Source of the DNA: Candidatus Eiseniibacteriota bacterium
Lineage (GTDB): Bacteria > Eisenbacteria > RBG-16-71-46 > CAVPCR01
Direction: 5' to 3'
Assembly (NCBI GenBank): GCA_963823555.1
Contig: CAWGMA010000001.1
Span: 1,664,001-1,728,000, forward strand
Length of the DNA stretch: 64,000 nucleotides
Numbering within the stretch: position 1 is the stretch's first letter; each line of letters starts with the position of its first letter. The notes under the pieces were generated by a model. It worked only from the letters and a program-made list of their open reading frames with translations. It did no database searches and was not told where the DNA came from. The position numbers and the translations under genes are program-made. Shown piece after piece: positions 41,865-52,073 of this stretch.

Positions 41865-43067
41865 ATGACGTTCGAGGACGGACTCCGGCACGGCGTGCGC
41901 GCCATCCTCGCCTACCGCCAGCGCTCCGCGCTCACCATGCTCGGCATCACGATCGGCATCGCCTCCGTCATCCTCCTGACGTCGATCGGCGAAGGCGCCC
42001 GCGTCTACATGCTCGACAAGTTCACCCAGTTCGGCACCAACCTCATCGCCGTCAACCCCGGTCAGACCGAGACCAGCGGCATCCCGGGAATGATGGGTGG
42101 CACGACGAATCCGCTCACCATCGCCGATGCCGAGGCCATCGGCCGGATGCCGGGTGTCATGGAGATGGTGTCCTTCATCTCTGGAACAGCCAATGTCGAG
42201 TTCGGCGAAAGAAGCCGCGATGTCGTCATCTACGGGGTCACGGCCGGCATGCCCGCCGTGCTCCAGTTCGGGGTTCGCCAGGGCCGCTTCCTCCCCCCCG
42301 GCGATCCCCGCCGCGGCTCGCCCGTGAGCGTGCTCGGCCCGAAGCTCAAGCAAGAGCTGTTCGGAAACGCCAACGCCCTGGGGGAACATGTCCGCATCGC
42401 CGGACAGCGGTTTCTCGTCATCGGAATCATGGAGCCGAAGGGGCAGTTCCTCGGCTTCGATCTCGACGATTCCGCCTATATCCCACTCGCCATCGCGCAG
42501 TCCTTGTTCAACAAGCAATCGCTGATGGAGATCGACATCACCTTCAACCACTCTGTGGAGCCCGACACGCTGGCAGCGCATATCCAGCGACTCCTGATCG
42601 AGCGCCACGACGGCCACCAGGACTTCACCATCACCACCCAGACCGACATGCTGGCCACCACGGACCGCATCCTCCGCATCGTGAGCCTTGCCGTGGCCGG
42701 CATCGGGGCCATCTCGCTTCTCGTCGGCGCGATCGGCATCCTCACCATGATGTGGATCTCGGTCAGCGAGCGCACGAGCGAGATCGGCCTGGTCAAGGCC
42801 ATGGGCGCCACCCACGCCCAGATCCTCTGGCTCTTCCTCGGGGAGGCCATCCTGCTCTCCACTCTCGGCGGCATCGCCGGCCTGGCGGCCGCGCTTGGAA
42901 TCGGCGCCCTCTTGCGCCTTGCCCTGCCCGGATTCCCGATCAGCACTCCACTCCCCTACGTGGTCCTGGCCCTGGCCCTGAGCTTCTCGGTCGGGGTCCT
43001 GAGTGGCATCCTCCCCGCGCGGCGCGCCGCCAGCCTGGACCCCATCCAGGCCCTGGCCGCCGAGTGA
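41865..43067 (+). CDS. ABC permease (MacB/FtsX family), paralog
   Basis: RSALTMLGITIGIASV, ERTSEIG and PARRAASLDPI. Confidence 0.93.
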   Translation: MTFEDGLRHGVRAILAYRQRSALTMLGITIGIASVILLTSIGEGARVYMLDKFTQFGTNLIAVNPGQTETSGIPGMMGGTTNPLTIADAEAIGRMPGVMEMVSFISGTANVEFGERSRDVVIYGVTAGMPAVLQFGVRQGRFLPPGDPRRGSPVSVLGPKLKQELFGNANALGEHVRIAGQRFLVIGIMEPKGQFLGFDLDDSAYIPLAIAQSLFNKQSLMEIDITFNHSVEPDTLAAHIQRLLIERHDGHQDFTITTQTDMLATTDRILRIVSLAVAGIGAISLLVGAIGILTMMWISVSERTSEIGLVKAMGATHAQILWLFLGEAILLSTLGGIAGLAAALGIGALLRLALPGFPISTPLPYVVLALALSFSVGVLSGILPARRAASLDPIQALAAE

Positions 43068-43629
43068 GCAAGGTGGCGCGGATCCCCACCGGGTGCCCCG
43101 CCGGGTTCAGGCATGGCTATCGCCAAGCTCATGATTCAGCAATGGAATAGCGATCACGACTGAAGTGCCGTCGAGGAGTCGCCTGCGGCCATCCTCGGGC
43201 GAAGGCGTTTCGCTCTCCCTCCCCCTTCTCCCCCTCCAGCTGCAGCGCCGAAGCGCGAATCAATCCCGGGCCGCGTCCTTCCGTCTTGCCTCGCCTACCG
43301 TTGTCCCGGGGGCGCCGCGTCATGCTCCACCCGGACCTGCTCGGTCGCGCGCCATGGCCGACTCGACCAGCAGCGCATCGGCACACCCTCCGGACCGACT
43401 CTCGGCGCCGCCGCTGTGCTCGTCCGAGAGCTCCGAGCCCCGCCCGGAGGCAAGCAATTCCCAGGGTTTTTTTGCCACGGAACAAAAGAAAGTGGCGTTT
43501 CCCCCTATAAAATGCGGTATAAGCGCTGGGCAATGGATGTGGGGCGCGCCGCAGGAGCCGGGAATCGCCCGGCACCCTCCGGAAGCCGCCCTCTTGACCT
43601 CTCGCTCCATGGATTTGGAGGTAATTGAA

Positions 43630-44001
43630 GTGGCTGCCAAGAAGACAGCAAAGAAGGCCGCGAAGGCGACCGGCCCTGCGGCATACCGTTTTGCCAAGGC
43701 CGACAGGGCGCGCAGCAAGAGTCAGATCGTGGGCAACATCGCCGAGAAGACCGGCCTCACGCGCAAGCAGGTAGTGAGCGTATTCGACGCCATGTCGTCG
43801 ATGCTCACGACCGACTTGAAGAGTGGCCCCAAGGTCTTCAGCCTCGCCGGACTGGCGAAGTTCACGGTTCAGTACAAGCCGGCCACCAAGGCGCGCAAGG
43901 GCATCAATCCCTTCACCGGTGAAGAGACGATGTTCAAGGCCAAGCCGGCGCGCAACGTGGTGAAGATCCGCGCCCTCAAGGCCCTGAAGGACGCCGTCTG
44001 A
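43630..44001 (+). CDS. HU family DNA-binding protein with Lys/Ala-rich N-terminal tail
   Basis: SKSQIV..IAEKTGLTRKQV and ARKGINPFTGE.TMFKAKPA; GGAGGT RBS before GTG. Confidence 0.92.
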   Translation: MAAKKTAKKAAKATGPAAYRFAKADRARSKSQIVGNIAEKTGLTRKQVVSVFDAMSSMLTTDLKSGPKVFSLAGLAKFTVQYKPATKARKGINPFTGEETMFKAKPARNVVKIRALKALKDAV

Positions 44002-44169
44002 TCCACACCGAGCACTAGGGCCCGCGGCCAATGAAACGCGGCCCGCAGGCGTTCAGCTCGCACCTGCCCCCGAGTGGGCTTCCAGCGAGCTGACGCATGC
44101 GGGCCGTCGTTGCTTGAGCTGCCCTTGGGCGAGCCCTTTGAGAATGGCGGGCGGGAATCTCCCCGGCCG

Positions 44170-44727
44170 TTAGCGCAACGCCTCTCCGATCGCGCCCCGG
44201 ACTTTCCCCTGCACCCCCTTCAACTTGAAGCCGAGCAGGATCAGGATGATGCCCTTCAGGATGGCGAAGAGGGCGATCAACGAGATGATGGCGAGAGCGC
44301 CGACCCCCGGGCGGAACACACAGTAGAGCCCGAATGCGACGGACAACAGACCGCTCAGGATCAACCAGAACTCGCCTTGGATCTCCTTGCGCAGCTGCAG
44401 GGCGGCGATGATCTCAGCAACACCCTTGAGAATGGCCCAGGTTCCGATCAGGATGAGGAGCGCGACCGCCGTGGCTCCAGGGCGCGCCAGAGTCATCACG
44501 CCCAGGGCCAAGCTCGCCAAGCCGCTGATCAAGTACCAGCCCCACCGCTCCCCCTTGAACGCGGTGAGCAGCGCCACGAGGCCATCGATGAGGAGATACA
44601 TGCCAAAGAAGATGAGCAGAACGTAAACGGTCATGCCAGGAGAAGCCAGCGCTGCAATGCCGAAGATGATGGCCAGGATTCCATGCACAACGAAGAGCCA
44701 CCAGTTCTTGAGCCATGGCAGAATCAT
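44170..44727 (-). CDS. HdeD/DUF308 family membrane protein
   Basis: NWWLFVVHGILAIIFG and a duplicated 3-TM unit; GAGGA RBS. Confidence 0.88.
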   Translation of the reverse strand: MILPWLKNWWLFVVHGILAIIFGIAALASPGMTVYVLLIFFGMYLLIDGLVALLTAFKGERWGWYLISGLASLALGVMTLARPGATAVALLILIGTWAILKGVAEIIAALQLRKEIQGEFWLILSGLLSVAFGLYCVFRPGVGALAIISLIALFAILKGIILILLGFKLKGVQGKVRGAIGEALR

Positions 44728-44828
44728 CAATCCCTCCTCGTGACGACAAAGCGATCCCGGAGATCTTGCCAGTGACAAGCCGAGCGTCCGGGCATGCGGA
44801 GAGGTGGTATCACATGCCACGTTGCGGG

Positions 44829-45782
44829 TCAAGGATGGCCCGGCCCGCAGGCGGGTGCGGGAGGCGCGGGCACCCCCGTCGGTCTCGCTTCCCGCCCCCA
44901 AGCGCGATCTCCGAAGTACCAGTCGATACCCGCAGCTCGATGGCGGCGCAGGAGATACAGATCCTCCCGCCGCTCCCCGCGCGACGTCCCGGTCGTCTTG
45001 TTGACGTCGAGGAGGATCGGCTTGCCATCCACGACAACATAGTCGAGCTTGCCATAGTCGAGGCCCATCTCCTGCCGCCACGTCTCGATTTCGTGATGAG
45101 GCGTCACGGTCTCGGTGCGCACCACCGAGGCATCGTTGACAATCGGCTTGGAAGACACGAGGCGAGTGCAACTCGAGCGGTCACCGAGAAACTGATAGAT
45201 GCGTGTGTGATACATTCCGTTCTCGACTTCAGGCTGGAACTTCTCGATCACGAGCCGGCGGTCCCGGAAGCAGCGCCCCGGGACCGCGCCCAGCGAATCG
45301 AAGATCTGGTAGTCCTGCGCCGACAGGAAGGGCGGCCGGCGCCCGGCCAGGCGTTCCACGAGCCGCACCGCGAGCATCACCGTCTCGTGCCCCCGGGCCC
45401 AACTCGGCTCGAAGAGCCAGCGTTCCGGCCGGCCGGCGTTGTTGAGGTCCGACTTGACGATGACGCGGCCCATCCACGGCGCATCCGGTCGATGGATCAG
45501 GTTCTCGCTGAACGCCGACTTGCGAATGTCCCGCACCCGCCCGTTCAGCACGAGCGGATAGCGGGCGGCGAATTCCAGGTACTCCTCGGGCACGACCGAT
45601 AGATCGATGTGAACGAGAATCAGGTCGGCTGGCACTCGCTCCCGCGTACCGAACAGGAACACAACCTCGTAACCGGCTTCCCGCCAGAATTCTGCGAGGT
45701 GATAGACGGCATACACGGACAGCTTGCGCCCGCGATCCTTCCGGTGAAAGAGCACGGCGAGACGCCGGCCCTTGCCTGGCAA
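44829..45782 (-). CDS. Hypothetical protein, possible ATP-grasp-like fold
   Basis: VIVKSDLN, LVIEKF and GLDYGKLDYVVVDGKPILLDVNKT resemble ATP-grasp motifs; start uncertain. Confidence 0.55.
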   Translation of the reverse strand: MPGKGRRLAVLFHRKDRGRKLSVYAVYHLAEFWREAGYEVVFLFGTRERVPADLILVHIDLSVVPEEYLEFAARYPLVLNGRVRDIRKSAFSENLIHRPDAPWMGRVIVKSDLNNAGRPERWLFEPSWARGHETVMLAVRLVERLAGRRPPFLSAQDYQIFDSLGAVPGRCFRDRRLVIEKFQPEVENGMYHTRIYQFLGDRSSCTRLVSSKPIVNDASVVRTETVTPHHEIETWRQEMGLDYGKLDYVVVDGKPILLDVNKTTGTSRGERREDLYLLRRHRAAGIDWYFGDRAWGREARPTGVPAPPAPACGPGHP

Positions 45783-45841
45783 CCCATCACCAGCTACCAA
45801 GAATCGAGATCTCCCGCTGAACCCGGGACCATCTGCCTCGG

Positions 45842-46873
45842 CTACTCGCGATAGCGCTCGGGCATGGTGTAGGTGTAGACGTTCCCGTCGAGGATCAGGA
45901 GCATCACGTCTCCCCGCGGATGCCAGCGCAGGCAGCTCATCTGGGTGCCCGGGACCGCCACCACGATCTTGACGACGTTCTCCGGTTCGGTGTTTGGCTC
46001 GGTGACGAAGATGGCATCGCGTAGCGTACCGTCTCTGAGTCGCGAGCGGTAGGCCACGTAGCGTCCGCTCGGGGACCATGCCGGGTAGTCATCGTCGGTA
46101 CCGTCGGCATTGGAGAGCCCACCGGGCAAGCGGTCCGGCATCGACACCGCGTCGGGGATGCGATCGGGATCGCCGCGCGGGACGACGAAGATGCGCTGCC
46201 CGCGATCGCCATCCATCGCCGCATACGCGATGCGCTGCCCGTCCGGGGAAATCGTGGGATGCCGGACTCCGGTGAGACCGTCGCGCTCGACCTGATCACC
46301 GCTGCCTCCCAGCCCCAACGTGCGAATCGCGTCCCGGCCGATCTCGACATAGACCAGGTTTCCTCCGTCCGGAGAGAACGTCGGCTCGTACCCGGTCACC
46401 CACGCCCGGGGCTCCCCGCCCGGCGTGAGGACATGGATCCAGTTCTCGGTCTCGCCGAAGGCATGTCCATCATAGGCGACCTGGTTCCCCACCGGGGACC
46501 AGTCGAGGTTGGCAATCGTGAATCGTGGCTGGCCGAATACCGGGGTCGTCGGCGGGAAACACCGGTAGTCGAGGCAGCCCTGGGTCACGGCACCGGTCAG
46601 GAGATGGTGCGACACGGCTTCGATGGGTACCCGGAGGGCGATCGTGATGAAAGCGAACCGATCTGGACCCTCCGGAGCCTGGAGCCAGCTCACGGAATCG
46701 GTGAGAAAGTCGTTGTCGCCCTCGGTGATGACGAACCCGGGCTCGGGGCCGAGGTCGGGATCAGGGGTACTGGTGGGAGCGCTGCAACCGGTCAGAATCG
46801 TGACGACCAGCCCAGCGACGATCGCGCCCGGGACTCCCCCGCCCCACCGTCGATCGGCTTGACGCTGGTCCAT
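45842..46873 (-). CDS. TolB-like (PD40/WD40) beta-propeller lipoprotein
   Basis: Lipobox LTGC; repeats WSPVG, FSPDG, ISPDG and PAWSPSG. Confidence 0.8.
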   Translation of the reverse strand: MDQRQADRRWGGGVPGAIVAGLVVTILTGCSAPTSTPDPDLGPEPGFVITEGDNDFLTDSVSWLQAPEGPDRFAFITIALRVPIEAVSHHLLTGAVTQGCLDYRCFPPTTPVFGQPRFTIANLDWSPVGNQVAYDGHAFGETENWIHVLTPGGEPRAWVTGYEPTFSPDGGNLVYVEIGRDAIRTLGLGGSGDQVERDGLTGVRHPTISPDGQRIAYAAMDGDRGQRIFVVPRGDPDRIPDAVSMPDRLPGGLSNADGTDDDYPAWSPSGRYVAYRSRLRDGTLRDAIFVTEPNTEPENVVKIVVAVPGTQMSCLRWHPRGDVMLLILDGNVYTYTMPERYRE

Positions 46874-46925
46874 GATGACAGGCCTCCCCTCCCCGCGAAT
46901 TCCCCGGAGCTTCGCTCGCAGAGGA

Positions 46926-47930
46926 CTACCGGCTGCGATAGGGCTCCGGCATCGGGTAGGCATAGACGTCGCCGTCGATGATCACGAGCACGTACTCCCC
47001 GCTCCTGTGCCACCGCAGTCCGGTCATCTCCCGCCCGGGATCGATGGCCACGATGCGCACGGGATTGTTGAGGGCTCCGAACGCGTTGGTGATGAAGATG
47101 GCATTACGAATCGTGTTCTCGCGAATCTTCGTCCGGTAGGCGATGTATCGCCCTCCCGGGGACCACGCCGGATAGTCGTCGTCCGTACCATCCCCGCCCT
47201 GACCCCCCGGCAGCACGTCGGGATGGGAAACCACATCGGCAAGAAGCGTCGGGTCGCGGCGATCGTGCACGAAGATGCGGCGACCCCGTGTGCCGTCGAT
47301 GGCCGAATAGGCGATGAAATCGCCATCCGGCGACACCACGGGATGAGCGGCACCGGAAAGGGCCTCGCGCAGGGTGGCTCCGCCGCCACTGGAGGGGTTG
47401 AACGACCGGAGCGCGTCCCGCCCGTTCTCGACGTAGATGACGAGGCCGGCATCCGGCGTGAAGCTGGGCTCGAAGCCGGTGAGCCAGCGCCGGGGCTCCC
47501 CCCCCGGCTGCATGGTATAGACCCAGGTCGCCTCTCGGGCCCGCTGACCCTGGAACGCCACGAAGGCGCCGCGCGGCGACCAGCTCACCTCCGATATCGA
47601 GAGACCCGCCTCCTTGAAGATCTCCTGAGTCTGCGGAAAGCAGTCCTCACTGTTGCAGGCCGTCGTGAAATGGGCACTGAAGAGGTAATGGGAGGGGGCG
47701 TTGGTCGGAGCATCACGCGAGACGGCGATGAACGAGAAGCGGCCGAGCCCGCTGGCCGAGTCCTGCCAGCTCACCGAGTTCGTATCCCAGGCGTCGTCGC
47801 CCTCGATGAGGACGAACCCGATGTCGCCGAAGTCGCCGGGGGCGGTGGGGTTGTCGCTCCCCCCGCAGCCGGCCACCATGAGGCCCAGGATCAGAACGAC
47901 CGACCCCCTCCAACCGAACATCCTCGACAT
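46926..47930 (-). CDS. TolB-like (PD40/WD40) beta-propeller lipoprotein, tandem paralog
   Basis: Lipobox VAGC; repeats WSPRG, FTPDA, VSPDG and PAWSPGG. Confidence 0.8.
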   Translation of the reverse strand: MSRMFGWRGSVVLILGLMVAGCGGSDNPTAPGDFGDIGFVLIEGDDAWDTNSVSWQDSASGLGRFSFIAVSRDAPTNAPSHYLFSAHFTTACNSEDCFPQTQEIFKEAGLSISEVSWSPRGAFVAFQGQRAREATWVYTMQPGGEPRRWLTGFEPSFTPDAGLVIYVENGRDALRSFNPSSGGGATLREALSGAAHPVVSPDGDFIAYSAIDGTRGRRIFVHDRRDPTLLADVVSHPDVLPGGQGGDGTDDDYPAWSPGGRYIAYRTKIRENTIRNAIFITNAFGALNNPVRIVAIDPGREMTGLRWHRSGEYVLVIIDGDVYAYPMPEPYRSR

Positions 47931-48141
47931 GCGCGATCTCCCAGAGCTTCTGGCGCTGTAAACGACGTTGCCACCGCAAGCTAGCCGCATCTCCACAGAA
48001 CCGAGGTGCGGGCCGCATCTTCCGGTTTCACTTGAACATACGGAAAGAACCGGGCTTCTGTGTCAGGAGTTCCTCGCTTCCCCGCCGCGGCTCGATGGGG
48101 AGGCTCCCGGCATTCCGGATCTCGCGTGCGGCCGCATCGCC

Positions 48142-51100
48142 TCACATGGCGCGCCGATACTCACCACCCACTTCGTAGAGCGCTTGCGTGATCTGACCCA
48201 GGCTCGCCACACGCACGGTCCGCATCAGCTCGGCGAAGATGTTGCCGCGTTCGGCCGCCACCTGCCGCAGCCGATCGAGGGCGGCTCGCGCCTCCGTCTC
48301 ACGCTCGTGCTGGAAGGAACGCAGGCGGGAGATCTGACCGTCCTTCTCCTCGACCGTGGCCCGGGTCAGAGCGGGCACCGAGAGCTCGCTACGAAGCGCC
48401 GGATCGGGATGGATGAACGTATTGACGCCCACGATGGGGAGCTCTCCGGAGTGCTTGAGCCGTTCGTAGAGCAGCGACTCCTCCTGGATCTTCGAGCGCT
48501 GGTACTGGGTCTCCATCGCCCCGAGGACACCACCCCGCTCGTTCAACCGCTCGAACTCCTTGAGCACGGCTTCCTCGACCAGGTCGGTGAGCTCGGACAT
48601 GATGTAGCTCCCCTGGTTCGGATTCTCGTTCTTCGCCACGCCGAACTCGCGGGCGATGATCATCTGGATCGCCATCGCCCGGCGCACCGATTCCTCGGTC
48701 GGCGTCGTGACCGCCTCGTCGTACGCGTTCGTGTGGAGCGAGTTGCAGCTGTCGTGGTAGGCGATGAGTGCCTGCAGCGTGGTGCGGATGTCGTTGAACT
48801 GCACCTCCTGCGCATGCAGGGAGCGCCCGCTGGTCTGGATGTGGTACTTGAGCTGCTGCGCCCGCGAGCCGGCCCCGTAGCGCTCGTGCATGGCCACCGC
48901 CCAGATCCGGCGCGCCACCCGCCCCATCACCGTGTACTCGGCGTCGAGCCCGTTCGAGAAGAAGAATGAGAGGTTCGGTGCGAAATCGTCGATCTTCATC
49001 CCGCGCGCCAGGAAGTACTCGACGTAGGTGAAGCCGTTGGCCAGGGTGAAGGCGAGCTGCGTGATGGGGTTGGCGCCGGCCTCGGCGATGTGATAGCCGG
49101 AGATGGAGATCGAGTAGTAGTTGCGGACCCCGTTCTCGACGAAGAACTGCTGCACGTCCCCCATCATCTTGAGGGCGAACTCGATCGAGAAGATGCAGGT
49201 GTTCTGCGCCTGGTCTTCCTTGAGGATGTCCGCCTGCACGGTGCCGCGCACGGTACGGAGGGTATGAGCGACGATCCGCCCCCGCTCCTCGGCTGTGGGC
49301 TCGCGCCCGGTCTCGCCCCGGAACCGCTCGACCTGCTGATCGATGGCCGTGTTGAAGTAGAGCGCGAGCATGATCGGCGCCGGGCCGTTGATGGTCATCG
49401 ACACCGATGTGTTGGCATCGAGGAGATCGAAGCCGTCGTAGAGCGCCTTCATGTCGTCGAGGGTCGCGATCGAGACCCCGCTTTCCCCGATCTTGCCGTA
49501 GATGTCGGGGCGCTCGTGCGGGTCCTGCCCGTAGAGGGTCACTGAATCGAAGGCGGTCGAAAGACGCCGCGCCTTGTGGCCGCGACACAGGTAGTGGAAA
49601 CGGCGATTGGTGCGTTCCGGCGGCCCCTCCCCCGCGAACATGCGGATCGGGTCCTCGTCCTGGCGCCGGAACGGAAACACACCGGCGGTGAACGGGAACT
49701 GGCCCGGCAGGTTCTCGAGCATCAGGAAGCGAACGATCTCGCCCTCGTCTCGCGTGTGCGGCAGGGCGACCTTCCGCACCGGGATGCCGGACAGCGTGAT
49801 CGTGCGGAGCGGCGTATGCACCTCGCGGTCGCGTACCCGGTAGACGAACTCGTCCCCCTCGTATTCGGACCGCAGCTCAGGCCACGCCGCGAGCAGCACG
49901 CGCGCGCGATCATCGAGCTCGGCATCGGCCTGGGCCGCGAGCTCGTCGAGGCGCACCGCGGCGCTCTCCTCCCCGCGCGCCCTGAGCTCGGCTGCCGACG
50001 TGAGGAAAGCCTGCCGGCGCCGCGCCACGTCGACCTGCACCTCGGCTCGCGCGCGGTACGCGCGGGCGGTTCCAGCGATCTCGCCCAGATACCGCACCCG
50101 CTCCGGCGGGACGATCGTGTGCTTCCAGTCGGCGTGGAACCGGGGTGCCCACAACGCCCCGGGCTCCAGATCGGCGATCCCACCCTCGCGGAGCCGGGCG
50201 AGGAGAGCGACGTAGAGGGCGTTCACGCCGGGGTCGTGGAAGTGGCTGGCGATCGTGGGAAAGACCGGCAGATCCTCGTCGCCGGGCGGCGTACCGTGGA
50301 GATTGTGCCCGCGCCGGAACTGCTTCCGCACATCACGCAGGGCATCCTCGCTGCCGCGACGCTCGAACTTGTTGATGACGATCATGTCGGCGAGGTCGAT
50401 CATGTCGATCTTCTCGAGCTGGGTCTGCGCCCCGAACTCGGAGGTCATGACGTAGATCGAGAGATCCGAGATGTCGACAACCGCCGCATCGCCCTGGCCG
50501 ATGCCCGAGGTTTCGACCAGGATCAGATCGTAGCCGGCACCGCGCGCCACCTTGATCGCATCGGCCATGGCCGCCGTGAGCTCGGTCCCCGATCCGCGCG
50601 TGGCGAAGCTCCGCATGAAGACCCGCGGTGTGCGCAGCGCGTTCATCCGGATGCGGTCGCCGAGGAGGGCTCCACCGGAGCGCCGCTTGGAAGGATCGAC
50701 CGCGAAGATGGCGACCGTCTTCTCGGGGAAATCGCTGAGGAAGCGGCGCACGAGCTCATCGGTGAGGGAGCTCTTGCCGGCGCCGCCGGTGCCCGTGATG
50801 CCGATCACCGGGACCCGGCGGTCGACCGCGGTCGCGAAGTGCAACCCTTCGAACACGCCATGGCCGTTGCCCCCGCTGGCCCGGCGCGTTCGCGCTTCGC
50901 CCCCGGCCCCGCTGCCGACGAGCACCGGACTTCCCGATTCGACAAGGGTGATGGCCCGCGCCACCAGCGGCGGCGCTTGCCAGGCGATCGTGGCGCCGTC
51001 GAGTGGCGCGCGCTCGAGGGTGGAGAAATCAGCGTTCTCCAGCAGATAGTTGATCATCCCCTGGAGACCCATCTGCCGCCCGTCCTCGGGGCTGAAGATC

Positions 51101-51459
51101 TTCGCCACCCCGTAGGCCTCGAGCTCGCGGATCTCATCGGGGATGATCACCCCACCCCCGCCGCCGAAGACCCGGATGTGAGGGGCGCCCTTGGCCTTGA
51201 GGAGATCGCAGACATACTTGAAGAACTCGAGATGGCCGCCCTGGTAGCTCGTGATGGCGAGGCCCTGGGCGTCCTCCTGGATGGCTGCGTCCACCATCTC
51301 CTCGGCCGAGCGGTTGTGGCCGAGATGGATGACCTCGGCGCCTGAGGCCTGGATGATCCGACGCATGACGTTGATCGCCGCATCGTGGCCATCGAACAGG
51401 GCGGCCGCGGTGACGATCCGGATCTTGTGGTGCGGGCTGTAGGGCTCGACTTCGCTCAT
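48142..51459 (-). CDS. icmF: Fused isobutyryl-CoA mutase (B12-binding, MeaB-like GTPase and mutase domains)
   Basis: [39 protein letters not shown] and [10 protein letters not shown]. Confidence 0.96.
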   Translation of the reverse strand: MSEVEPYSPHHKIRIVTAAALFDGHDAAINVMRRIIQASGAEVIHLGHNRSAEEMVDAAIQEDAQGLAITSYQGGHLEFFKYVCDLLKAKGAPHIRVFGGGGGVIIPDEIRELEAYGVAKIFSPEDGRQMGLQGMINYLLENADFSTLERAPLDGATIAWQAPPLVARAITLVESGSPVLVGSGAGGEARTRRASGGNGHGVFEGLHFATAVDRRVPVIGITGTGGAGKSSLTDELVRRFLSDFPEKTVAIFAVDPSKRRSGGALLGDRIRMNALRTPRVFMRSFATRGSGTELTAAMADAIKVARGAGYDLILVETSGIGQGDAAVVDISDLSIYVMTSEFGAQTQLEKIDMIDLADMIVINKFERRGSEDALRDVRKQFRRGHNLHGTPPGDEDLPVFPTIASHFHDPGVNALYVALLARLREGGIADLEPGALWAPRFHADWKHTIVPPERVRYLGEIAGTARAYRARAEVQVDVARRRQAFLTSAAELRARGEESAAVRLDELAAQADAELDDRARVLLAAWPELRSEYEGDEFVYRVRDREVHTPLRTITLSGIPVRKVALPHTRDEGEIVRFLMLENLPGQFPFTAGVFPFRRQDEDPIRMFAGEGPPERTNRRFHYLCRGHKARRLSTAFDSVTLYGQDPHERPDIYGKIGESGVSIATLDDMKALYDGFDLLDANTSVSMTINGPAPIMLALYFNTAIDQQVERFRGETGREPTAEERGRIVAHTLRTVRGTVQADILKEDQAQNTCIFSIEFALKMMGDVQQFFVENGVRNYYSISISGYHIAEAGANPITQLAFTLANGFTYVEYFLARGMKIDDFAPNLSFFFSNGLDAEYTVMGRVARRIWAVAMHERYGAGSRAQQLKYHIQTSGRSLHAQEVQFNDIRTTLQALIAYHDSCNSLHTNAYDEAVTTPTEESVRRAMAIQMIIAREFGVAKNENPNQGSYIMSELTDLVEEAVLKEFERLNERGGVLGAMETQYQRSKIQEESLLYERLKHSGELPIVGVNTFIHPDPALRSELSVPALTRATVEEKDGQISRLRSFQHERETEARAALDRLRQVAAERGNIFAELMRTVRVASLGQITQALYEVGGEYRRAM

Positions 51460-51728
51460 CCTTGCTTTCCGAATTCGGGTTTGCGAACTCCGGGGACGAA
51501 AGCCGGCCCGAAGCGGTCCGACCGATCCATGATAGCCCGAGCGATCGATTCCTGGGGACCTGGATGGCCACCGGCGCCCCCCCCCTCTTGCGCGCCAGCG
51601 CCCGCTCCGAGGCGGCTCCGGATGCGCCCCACCCGACTTGAGCGCGACCCCCGACGGGCCTCATTCGGCCTCTGCCCCCCCGCCAGGCGGTGCCTAAACT
51701 TTGTGCACCCCGTTGCTTCACTTTTTCT

Positions 51729-51757
51729 TTGACGTCCCCAAGATGTGGGGCTATACC
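51729..51757 (+). promoter_or_regulatory. sigma70 promoter of nrdJ
   Basis: TTGACG-17 bp-TATACC preceded by a T-rich tract. Confidence 0.65.
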
Positions 51758-51781
51758 TACCGGCGCCCTCTAGATGTGGAC
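51735..51781. promoter_or_regulatory. Tandem NrdR boxes
   Basis: TCCCCAAGATGTGGGG and CCCTCTAGATGTGGAC share an AGATGTGG core, lie 31 bp apart and overlap the nrdJ promoter. Confidence 0.75.
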
Positions 51782-52073
51782 TCCACGGATGTTTGGTGGA
51801 GCCCAGGCAGACCCGAGGACGGATCTGTTTCGAGCCCGTCCTGGGGCCTGCCCGAGGGTGGTGTCGGACAAGGCCCAGGTCTCCCCCTATCGCCCTTCGG
51901 TGCCCCAACCGGGCGGTTGGGTCAACATGCCCTCGCTCCACCTGCCAAGCCGAAGGCCCCCGTCCGCTCCCAGGCACAATCAACCATCGACCTATCGTTT
52001 TCCCAGTAGTTCGGGAGCGATCGGACCCTTCGCACTCGAACCCCCGCCCCCGCGGGTCACGGGAGGTGCCGCA

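Noticed and set aside
51460..52073. Cobalamin riboswitch between icmF and nrdJ
   Set aside because: The conserved GGGAA / GCCACTG / B12-box elements were not found by eye on either strand.
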